Source: Candidatus Enterousia sp. (lineage in GTDB: Bacteria; Pseudomonadota; Alphaproteobacteria; Rs-D84). From it: a stretch of DNA of 64,000 nucleotides. Under the pieces are notes generated by a model. The model had not been told where the DNA came from and did no database searches. It saw only the letters and a program-made list of their open reading frames with translations. The DNA is taken from positions 1 to 64,000 of the forward strand of contig JAZLBQ010000003.1 of the NCBI GenBank assembly GCA_045613785.1, given 5' to 3'. Of the stretch, positions 19,587 to 27,456 are shown one piece after another; position 1 is the stretch's first letter, and each line of letters begins with the position of its first letter. Position numbers and translations under genes: made by a program.

Positions 19587-20147
19587 ATGCCAAGTAAAAA
19601 ACTAGATTTTAAAACAGGACAATATGTTGTTTATCCAACACAAGGTGTTGGTAAGTTGTTGCGTGTCGAAGAACAAGTTATCGGTGGTCAAAAGGTTAAA
19701 TTGCTGGTAATTGACTTTGAACGTAATCATATGACATTGCGTGTTCCACTGGAACGGGCTGAGATTTCGGGCTTGCGTCCGTTGTCAACAGCCAAGAAAA
19801 TGGACGAAGCAATTGCGTCGGCCAAGGGTAAGGCAGGGGCAAAACGTATGATTTGGGCACGACGTGCAGCACAATATGAAGAAAATATCAATTCAGGCGA
19901 TCCAATGAAGTTGGCCGAAGTAGTGCGTGATTTGCAACGACGCAGTGCTGCGGATACAATGACTTTTTCTGCACGTCAGTTATATTTGCGTGCGTTGGAA
20001 CGTATGGCTCAGGAATTTGCTGTGTTGCATAAGCTTGATTTAGATGCGGCATCAGACAAGATTGAGGATATTTTGGGGATTCCAAAGGAAATCGATTTGA
20101 ATGCCGTCGAAGAGGATGAAGAAGAAGTCGAAGACGATGAGGCCTGA
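19587..20147 (+). CDS. carD: CarD family transcriptional regulator
   Basis: FKTGQYVVYPTQGVG, LRVP...GLR, WARRAAQYEENINSGD...AEVVRDL. Confidence 0.93.
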   Translation: MPSKKLDFKTGQYVVYPTQGVGKLLRVEEQVIGGQKVKLLVIDFERNHMTLRVPLERAEISGLRPLSTAKKMDEAIASAKGKAGAKRMIWARRAAQYEENINSGDPMKLAEVVRDLQRRSAADTMTFSARQLYLRALERMAQEFAVLHKLDLDAASDKIEDILGIPKEIDLNAVEEDEEEVEDDEA

Positions 20148-20338
20148 TTGAGTTTATGAATATTCCCCGTTTGGGGAATTTTTTTTGTTTTTCTTGATTT
20201 TTTTTATCAGAAGCTTGTTCGTAGTGATAAATAAAATGCTGGGCGGGGAAGTGGAATTTTTATTGTTATAGTAAAAATCCCCAGTTGCCTGGGGACTTTG
20301 TCCAATATATGTTAGTTTATTTATTTTTTGTTCTGAAA

Positions 20339-21340
20339 TTAGAACTGAACATTCAAGCGAACACCTAATTCAGCCTTGACGTCTGTGCCGTTTTGAGACT
20401 GTTTGTGTGCTTCGTCAAATGTATATTCGCCATAGACGGCAATTTGTGTTGCATCGTCCAACTGATATGCAGCAGTCAGATTTAATACATATTCGTCAAA
20501 TCCGTCTTCCATATCTGCGACTTTTGTTAACAAATCGTTCACAATGCCTTGGCGGACTGTGTTCAATGGTTCAGCTATTTCTGCTAAATCAGTTGCCAGA
20601 CCTTCTACGCCATTGTCAGAGTGGTGTTTGTATGTCAATCCGCCACCAAATGACCAACGGTCATCCAATTCATAGAACATTTTTAAGCCAGCGTTGATTT
20701 CAGTTGTTGATTTCAAATCGACAGAAATTTCATCTGGGAATTGCAACATCGCAGGAATGCCCATAGATGAAACATCAATTTTGTTGTTGTCGTTGCCGAA
20801 TGTGCGTAATGCTTCGACAAATCCTGCCATGCTGAATTTTGACCATGTCTTGCCAACAGATGTTCCAACGTGGAAACCCCAACGACCGTTCGAATAGTTG
20901 TCATAGTTAAAGCCTGTGGCAGTATATGCACCGGACATTTCGCTGATGCCACCCAACTGTGCGTCGGCATACAAATCCCATACCCAGCCATCTGTCGTGT
21001 CAATTGCACGGTATTTCAATCCTGCACGACCCAGATGCATTCCTTTGCGGTCAATGTCGCCGTCGTGTGTGTAGCCAACTTTTAAGTAGGCTTCTAGGTT
21101 GTCCAAAATACCATATCCCAATTCTTCGTGAACACGCCAGATTGGAAATTCTGTCGCACCATCGTGCTGTTTTAATTGCATTGCATCTGTGTCGTCTGCA
21201 ACCTTATACATTACGCCAGCAGATGTTTTGGAATACACTGCACCTTGCTTTGGCATATACAGTGGGTTTTCCATGTTGGCTGCAATTGCAGGTGCACCTA
21301 ATACTGACAACGCAACTGCTGCACTGATTGTTTTTTTCAT
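20339..21340 (-). CDS. Outer membrane beta-barrel protein (putative major porin)
   Basis: Signal peptide, alternating aromatic beta-strands, C-terminal LNVQF BAM signature, strong AAGGAG RBS. Confidence 0.8.
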   Translation of the reverse strand: MKKTISAAVALSVLGAPAIAANMENPLYMPKQGAVYSKTSAGVMYKVADDTDAMQLKQHDGATEFPIWRVHEELGYGILDNLEAYLKVGYTHDGDIDRKGMHLGRAGLKYRAIDTTDGWVWDLYADAQLGGISEMSGAYTATGFNYDNYSNGRWGFHVGTSVGKTWSKFSMAGFVEALRTFGNDNNKIDVSSMGIPAMLQFPDEISVDLKSTTEINAGLKMFYELDDRWSFGGGLTYKHHSDNGVEGLATDLAEIAEPLNTVRQGIVNDLLTKVADMEDGFDEYVLNLTAAYQLDDATQIAVYGEYTFDEAHKQSQNGTDVKAELGVRLNVQF

Positions 21341-21369
21341 CGTTTTAACTCCTTAGTTTTGATGAAATG

Positions 21370-21452
21370 CCACACCCCCATTATTGGCAAGATGTGGGTG
21401 CATATCCATACCGCCCATTATTGGCAACAGTATGTTTTTGTGATGTGCACAA
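21370..21452 (-). promoter_or_regulatory. Structured 5' leader with two hairpins sharing the apex TTGCCAATAATGGG
   Basis: 14-nt direct repeat, each copy flanked by a different but self-complementary stem. Confidence 0.6.
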
Positions 21453-21603
21453 TCGTATTCTGGATTATTGTAGGAAGATTGTCAAAAAATAAATTTTCTT
21501 GACAGGTGGGGGTTGACAATATATGGCGGTCGCACTATATAAGTTTACTGTGGTGAGTGATGCGGCACTGCAGAGCTTCTGTATATATAGAAAGGAGTTC
21601 AGT

Positions 21604-22707
21604 ATGGAAAAGCAGAAAAGTGTAGCAGAAATACAAAATGTTTTTGTAATAGAGGTTGGGGCGGATATCGCAAAAAAAGTTTCCCCGGAAGATAGAAAAA
21701 AATTAGCAGATGCCTATTTAACTTTGTTTTCAGGTTTTACCTGGGTCAATTGGTTGAATAAATATTCGCTTGGGCGTGCTTGGCAGACAGCGTTGATGCA
21801 ATGTGGGGCGTTTGTTGAAACCAAGAACAAAAAAAATTTGGCAGCAAAATATTTAGATGGTGTCTTTGCATCACACAAAAAATATTGGTCTCGTGTAATT
21901 ATGATGCACAAAGACAGCGAAAATAAAATCAATCCTGATATCGAAATGGTAAAGCAGTTGCGTAGTCAAGCAGAGATGGCAATTCGAAATGCAATGGATG
22001 TTATCAATATGGTCTTGGCACGCTATAATGAACATACAGAAGAATTGAAGGTTGAAAATGTAGCAGGAAATGCACAAGCAAATGTTGCAGTTCAGCAGGC
22101 ACAAGCAAATGCTGCTGCCCAGGCAACAGTGCAATCTGTGCCTGTGAAAAAAGAATCTGCGGAAATAGTTGCACAGTCACAACAGCTGCAACAGGCACAG
22201 TCGCAATCGTTGCCACAGGTGCAAATGCCACAGGTCAATGCGGTGGCTGAAAATCAAATGCCATTTGCAATGCCGGTAAATATTGCACAACCAATTCAGA
22301 TGAAAAATGTTCAATTGGCACAGGTTGCAAAGCCTGCCCAAATGGTCAAGCCGATTCGAAAGCAAGCAGTCAAACCAGTCCGTTTGCCGCAAATGGCAAA
22401 GGTGGCGGTGGCACAGAAAAAAACAATGCCAAAGGTAATGCCTGTTGTGGACAAGAAATCAGTTGTTCAGAAACCGATGGCTGTCAAGCCTGTTGTTCGC
22501 AAACCGGTTGTAAAAAAGTCGGTTTTGAAAAAGCCAATGGTTCAAAAGCCAAGATTGCGGAAACCTGTGGCACAAAAAACAGATGCAAGAATGGCATTGA
22601 TTGTTGCAAGAAAACGTGTCGAAATGAGACAGGCACAAATGCAAATGACGCAACAGCAGACATTGAAATTATGGATGTTGGGTCAGCAATATCAAAATGC
22701 AGCATAA
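21604..22707 (+). CDS. Hypothetical protein with Q/A-rich linker and K/P/V-rich (histone H1-like) tail
   Basis: AAGGAG RBS; repeats such as KKSVVQKPM, RKPVVKKSV, KKPMVQKP; ends NAA. Confidence 0.8.
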   Translation: MEKQKSVAEIQNVFVIEVGADIAKKVSPEDRKKLADAYLTLFSGFTWVNWLNKYSLGRAWQTALMQCGAFVETKNKKNLAAKYLDGVFASHKKYWSRVIMMHKDSENKINPDIEMVKQLRSQAEMAIRNAMDVINMVLARYNEHTEELKVENVAGNAQANVAVQQAQANAAAQATVQSVPVKKESAEIVAQSQQLQQAQSQSLPQVQMPQVNAVAENQMPFAMPVNIAQPIQMKNVQLAQVAKPAQMVKPIRKQAVKPVRLPQMAKVAVAQKKTMPKVMPVVDKKSVVQKPMAVKPVVRKPVVKKSVLKKPMVQKPRLRKPVAQKTDARMALIVARKRVEMRQAQMQMTQQQTLKLWMLGQQYQNAA

Positions 22708-22741
22708 AAAAACGGGTGGAAATTTTTCCACCCATTTTTAA

Positions 22742-23122
22742 TTATTTTGTTTCGATTACTACCATTGCAGCACAGTAATCGTCCTGATCCGTTATGGACA
22801 GGTGAATCCGTGTTTCTGAATCAGCAGCAAGTTCTTTTAACGCAGCACGAGCCCCACCAGCAATCAATAGTTCAGGACGGCCTGCGTCGTTATGAATCAC
22901 AGATACATCAGAAAATGCAATGTCGTCACCAAAGCCCGTGCCGATTGCTTTTAAGAATGCTTCACGGGCAGCCCAGAAATTTGCCAAATGCTTTTCAGAA
23001 TTTGCGTTGTCGTTATCGGCGTATTCTAATTCTTTTTTTGTGAAAATACGCTGTTTCTTGAATGCAGACCAATCTAAAAAACGGCCACATTCGACAAGAT
23101 CGATTCCAATCCCTAGTATCAC
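22742..23122 (-). CDS. acpS: Holo-[acyl-carrier-protein] synthase
   Basis: ILGIGIDLVE, RIFTKKE, WAAREAFLKAIGTG, GRP, HLSITD; GTG start after AAGGGAG. Confidence 0.93.
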   Translation of the reverse strand: MILGIGIDLVECGRFLDWSAFKKQRIFTKKELEYADNDNANSEKHLANFWAAREAFLKAIGTGFGDDIAFSDVSVIHNDAGRPELLIAGGARAALKELAADSETRIHLSITDQDDYCAAMVVIETK

Positions 23123-23243
23123 GGAAAGACTCCCTTGTTGGTGTTGTTGATATGGCATACTAATAATATTTATGCGATTCGTGCAAGCGTAAAATTCATT
23201 TTGGAATAAAAACAAAAAAATACCGCCCAATCGGGCGGTATTT

Positions 23244-23351
23244 TTATTTATCACATGTTTTTTTGTCGCATTCTGGTTTTTTATTGCAACCAGTGTCGTG
23301 AGTGCAAGAACAATTTTTACATTTTCCTGATTTGTTTTCGTTTTTTGACAT
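23244..23351 (-). CDS. Small Cys-rich metallothionein-like protein, 35 aa (not in the ORF track)
   Basis: AAAGGAAGAAAA-ATG; MSKNENKSGKCKNCSCTHDTGCNKKPECDKKTCDK*; terminator (23215-23245) immediately after the stop. Confidence 0.65.
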   Translation of the reverse strand: MSKNENKSGKCKNCSCTHDTGCNKKPECDKKTCDK

Positions 23352-23487
23352 TTTTCTTCCTTTGTTTTGTTTGTTTTTGTCCGGACGTAATGATGATAAT
23401 GCGATATTTGCAATTCAACAAGATGCGTGTTTTCCCAAAAAAGTATTTGTTTTTATGGACTGGGTATATTAAAGTTTGTGGCGTTGT

Positions 23488-23564
23488 CGGGGTGTAGCTC
23501 AGCCTGGTAGAGTACTTGCATGGGGTGCAAGGGGTCGCAGGTTCGAATCCTGTCACCCCGACCA
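23488..23564 (+). tRNA. tRNA-Pro(GGG)
   Basis: CGGGGTG acceptor, anticodon arm CTTGC-AT-GGG-GT-GCAAG, GTTCGAATCC, CCA. Confidence 0.97.
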
Positions 23565-23677
23565 TAAAATAAATACGGCTAAGTGCTGTTTTTTGTCTTA
23601 GATGAAGTCTTGTGTGTATAAAAAGGGGACGTGTAGTCCCCCTCATGTTTTTATCTGTTTCGAAATTGTTGGCCCCG

Positions 23678-23938
23678 TTATGGATTTGCTAGTTGACTGG
23701 AGTGGGGCGTGGAATGTCTAAAATGCTTAATAAAATCATCAATGTTTGTGCCAGTCGCTTCTAGAATTTTTGCAATGCTGTTGGTTGATGGCCAGCGTGG
23801 TTGACCATATTTGGAATAACGCTTGCTTTTGTTAAATGTTGTTGGGTCCAGGCCACAGTGTTTAGCCAGACCAGAACATGACATATTGTTGGCACTTGCA
23901 AAACAATCGATTGCAAACCATACGTCCGAGTGGGTCAT
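23678..23938 (-). CDS. Stand-alone HTH DNA-binding protein (alphaproteobacterial HTH/S24 repressor N-terminal type)
   Basis: HSDVWFAID...SGLAKHCGLDPTTFNKSKR...RWPSTNSIAKIL; AAAAGGAG RBS. Confidence 0.8.
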   Translation of the reverse strand: MTHSDVWFAIDCFASANNMSCSGLAKHCGLDPTTFNKSKRYSKYGQPRWPSTNSIAKILEATGTNIDDFIKHFRHSTPHSSQLANP

Positions 23939-24203
23939 TTTTTTTTCTCCTTTTGTTATAATCAGGTTCGTCCTGACGAAGAATATTATAGATTAGGTTT
24001 TTATATATCCTTTTATACTTATTTTATTTGGAACAATGTATAAAAAGGGGTAGGGTATATAAAAGTGACTTTTTTTCCTGATTTTTGGTGCTTTCTAGCT
24101 TGCTAGGTTTTTATTCCTGTGAAAAAAACGGCATTTTTTCTTAGGAAAAATAAGGAGTTTGGTGTATGTTTTCCTGGAATATGATATAGCAAAAGGTTTT
24201 TTG

Positions 24204-25106
24204 ATGCCTACAATTAAAACAAAAATTGCTTTTTTGCGTGAACTTTTGGCCTTGAAAGAGGTTATTGATGTTGGACAAATAAATGCTGCTGCAGAAAGAA
24301 ATGGTATCAAGCATTCTAATTTGTCGAAAATGATTTCCGATTTGGAATCTCGGTTCAAGACGACTTTGTTGATACGCAGTTCTTCGGGGTGCGTGCCAAC
24401 AAATACAACACGTCAGTTGTATGCAGATATAGAAAATATTTCATTGGCGTTGGATAATATTATAAAAAATCTGACAACCCCAGATGAGTTGACTGGTTAT
24501 ATATCTGTCTGGACCGAAGAAGGGTTCGCAGGGGCGGGGTTGCTAAGTAAAATGTCTAAGTTTTATGCAAAGCATCCGAAAATTCGATTGGATATTTTAA
24601 CGAATCGACATATGAATATGGCTAATCCTGATATCACAATTATGGATCCCAGGGCATTACAGAAAATACCGGGCAAGGCCTTATTTAAGTTCAAGACAAA
24701 GGCAAAATTCTATACGACCCCAGAATATTTGAATAAACATGGATTTCCAAAAGATATGGATGATATGTTGGAAAACTTTGATTTGTGTATTAGGCAAAAG
24801 TTTTTGGAATTGCCAGAGTGTAATTTTTTGTTAAAGCGTGCAAAAAAATTAAATACAACTGCCGATTCGGCATCGATTATTTATAATCTGATATCTGATG
24901 GGGTGGGAATATCGTTGATGCCAGAATGGAGTGCAGGGAAAAATACAAAATTGTTAGAAGTGCCAAATGTTAATTTTGATTATGAATATATTTTGGTTGG
25001 GGTTGGAAATCCTTTGACAGTAAAAAGTTCCAAAGTTCAGGCTTTTTTGGAGTTCTTTTATGAGTTTTGTCAGGAACATGACATTGCGTTGGAAATGTTT
25101 GAATAG
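24204..25106 (+). CDS. LysR family transcriptional regulator
   Basis: N-terminal HTH (GQINAAAERNGIKHSNLSKMISDLESRFKTTLLIRS), FYAKHPKIRLDI, GVGISLMP. Confidence 0.88.
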   Translation: MPTIKTKIAFLRELLALKEVIDVGQINAAAERNGIKHSNLSKMISDLESRFKTTLLIRSSSGCVPTNTTRQLYADIENISLALDNIIKNLTTPDELTGYISVWTEEGFAGAGLLSKMSKFYAKHPKIRLDILTNRHMNMANPDITIMDPRALQKIPGKALFKFKTKAKFYTTPEYLNKHGFPKDMDDMLENFDLCIRQKFLELPECNFLLKRAKKLNTTADSASIIYNLISDGVGISLMPEWSAGKNTKLLEVPNVNFDYEYILVGVGNPLTVKSSKVQAFLEFFYEFCQEHDIALEMFE

Positions 25107-25158
25107 GACAGGTTGTGTGCTTGACTAATAGTTTGTTTGTGATATTTTGTTGTCCATC

Positions 25159-25929
25159 ATGATAAGAGATGGGGATTTTTTCACTGTTTATGATTTGCGG
25201 GCATCTGTGGCACAGGTGACGTCTGTTGATATGCGTAAATATTTGAAAAATACTGGTTTTTGTCGCCCAGACGAATATGCACAAAAACAAATGGCGTTGT
25301 ATGGTGATATAAAGTCAAGTGCCGCAGCATTAGATAAACAATTAAAAGATGCTGGATTTAAAACAAAATATAAATTCTCGTATAAATATAATATTCCTGG
25401 ACTGACCAGTGAAGATATTGTTCAAGATGCATATAAATTGGAATATTTTTATTTGTTAGCAATTGGTGAAATTCAAGGAAGCGTTCGACCAGGGCAGCAA
25501 GCGAATGTAGATAAAATGTTAAATGATGCTGCACGAATTAGTTATTATTATGCCCAGTATGTTTGGAAGTTAAATCCTGAAAGCCGATTCGATTATGCTT
25601 TGCGTTTTGATGTGCAACGTGATTGGGGATTTGTTATTTGCTTTTTATTAGGTGTCGGGTTTGGTTTTCATCCAAAAGATGTCTATGAATTTGTAATAAA
25701 TCATAATAATCCGTATTTGAGTCAAAAGCAGCGTGATGAGTTGTATAAAAAGCAGCTGGTTTTTAAGAATTGGTGCCAAAATAAGTTTGATATTGATACG
25801 GGATGTTTGGTGTTCTGTCCTGAACACCAGGAAAAATTGAGAAAAATACTTACCAAGTCTGACACGCCGTATCTAGTGCAATGTGTTCAGGATATAATTC
25901 AGCGTTTTTGTCCGCAAAAAATTCGCTAA
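25159..25929 (+). CDS. Hypothetical protein, ends in Arg
   Basis: Long ORF preceded by TTGACT-N16-TATTTT. Confidence 0.75.
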   Translation: MIRDGDFFTVYDLRASVAQVTSVDMRKYLKNTGFCRPDEYAQKQMALYGDIKSSAAALDKQLKDAGFKTKYKFSYKYNIPGLTSEDIVQDAYKLEYFYLLAIGEIQGSVRPGQQANVDKMLNDAARISYYYAQYVWKLNPESRFDYALRFDVQRDWGFVICFLLGVGFGFHPKDVYEFVINHNNPYLSQKQRDELYKKQLVFKNWCQNKFDIDTGCLVFCPEHQEKLRKILTKSDTPYLVQCVQDIIQRFCPQKIR

Positions 25930-25931
25930 TT

Positions 25932-26384
25932 TTATTTGTATTTTGCACCTGGACAGTTTGCTTGAATCATATCTGTGGTGTGGATTTCCATTGCGTATGC
26001 CCGTGCAGAGGGAACTGCACATGGATCACAATCTCGACGGATTTGACCAGGATGACAGGTATAAGCAACGTCTTGGCAGATGCCGTAAAATCGGGTTGTT
26101 ATTGGTTCTGTTAGATAATTTGTTGCAATATCCCAGTATTTTTGAGGAACTTTTTTTGGATCGTATGCCCACATTTGTGCGATTGTGTTTATTGTGCGCT
26201 GGACGCAAGGATCGTTATTTTTTATATGGGTTATTGTTGGCTGAACGTTATTTTGGGGATTAGGGTTGTTGCGTTTGATGATTATAAATGCAATCGTGCA
26301 AATGCATAAAATAACGACAAAAAATAATAAGATATAGTGTGCAATTCCAAATGCGTTGGTGTTAGTTGTAAATTTTTTTGCCAT
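25932..26384 (-). CDS. Membrane-anchored Cys-rich hypothetical protein
   Basis: AAGGGA RBS, single N-terminal TM helix, Cys-rich C-terminal domain. Confidence 0.75.
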   Translation of the reverse strand: MAKKFTTNTNAFGIAHYILLFFVVILCICTIAFIIIKRNNPNPQNNVQPTITHIKNNDPCVQRTINTIAQMWAYDPKKVPQKYWDIATNYLTEPITTRFYGICQDVAYTCHPGQIRRDCDPCAVPSARAYAMEIHTTDMIQANCPGAKYK

Positions 26385-26529
26385 GTGTTTGTTCCCTTGG
26401 ATTATATACGTGATTGTAGCATGGGCTGAACGCTAATAATATGGTTTTATATTCCCAGAATTTATTGCAAAAATATAATTTTTAGGATAAACTTTGTGAG
26501 GTCTTTTAATTAAATACAAGGGGGTTGCT

Positions 26530-27414
26530 GTGTTTGTAACAGAAAAATTGAAAACGTTCTCTTGGGTAAATGTTGGCAATCCTGACCATGAAGATTTCGA
26601 AAAATTGCAGACAGAATACAAGATTGATGAAGATACTATTTCTGACATCTTGGATCCTGATGAACAGCCACGCCTTGAAGTCGAAGATGACTATAAGGTT
26701 ATTATCGTGCGTTTCCCAATTATCAATCGGGAATCTGATACGTTGTGGCACACAGAACCGCTGTCGATAATTTATTCTGCGAATCGGGTAATTACTGTCT
26801 GTCGCAAGCGTTGTGATTTGTTGGATAGGATTAAAAAGTCTGAAAAAACATCTCGTGAAGAATTTATTCTGAATATTATGTATTATATTGCGGAATCTTA
26901 TCTGCGTATGTTAAAGGAATTAAATAAAAGAGTTTTGGCATCAAAACGTGTCTTGCAGGAACGTATTCGTAAGAAAGAATTGATGGATTTGTTAGAGGTT
27001 GAAAATAGTTATACATTGTATATGGCTGGAATCCGTGGAAATGTTGCGGTGCTGGACAAGTTAGAAAAGGTGCGTGGATTCGTGAAAACAGATGATGCAC
27101 AAGAATTGGCCGAAGACGCCCGAATCGAGTTGGCACAGGCAACTGAAGTTGTGACATCATATAGTAAAATGCTGAAATCTATCAAGGAAACGTTTGAAAG
27201 CGTTATCAATATGGATTCGAATACCAACATTAATCGCTTGACGATGTGGAATATTATTTTGGTTGTTCCAACTGTGATTGTTGGTTATTACGGAATGAAT
27301 GTAAAGTTGCCTTTTGCCCAATTTGATGAAACTGCAACGGCGATTTTTGTATTTATTATGGTGTTGTTGCTGGGGTTTGCAATGTTTGGTGCAATTCGAC
27401 GTAGAATCGTTTAA
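26530..27414 (+). CDS. corA: CorA family Mg2+ transporter
   Basis: DILDPDEQPRLE, YYGMNV signature, two C-terminal TM helices. Confidence 0.9.
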   Translation: MFVTEKLKTFSWVNVGNPDHEDFEKLQTEYKIDEDTISDILDPDEQPRLEVEDDYKVIIVRFPIINRESDTLWHTEPLSIIYSANRVITVCRKRCDLLDRIKKSEKTSREEFILNIMYYIAESYLRMLKELNKRVLASKRVLQERIRKKELMDLLEVENSYTLYMAGIRGNVAVLDKLEKVRGFVKTDDAQELAEDARIELAQATEVVTSYSKMLKSIKETFESVINMDSNTNINRLTMWNIILVVPTVIVGYYGMNVKLPFAQFDETATAIFVFIMVLLLGFAMFGAIRRRIV

Positions 27415-27456
27415 TCAATGAAAAAAAACGCCCGTTTAGGCGGTTTTTTTCTTTGG

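Noticed and set aside
23123-23413. Long N-terminal extension of acpS in the ORF track
   Set aside because: It crosses a terminator and the microprotein gene; AcpS similarity begins at GTG 23122, which has its own RBS.
25932-26384. Possible type IV prepilin cleavage motif (NAF-GIAH)
   Set aside because: It lacks the Gly at -1 and the Glu at +5; better treated as a plain TM anchor.
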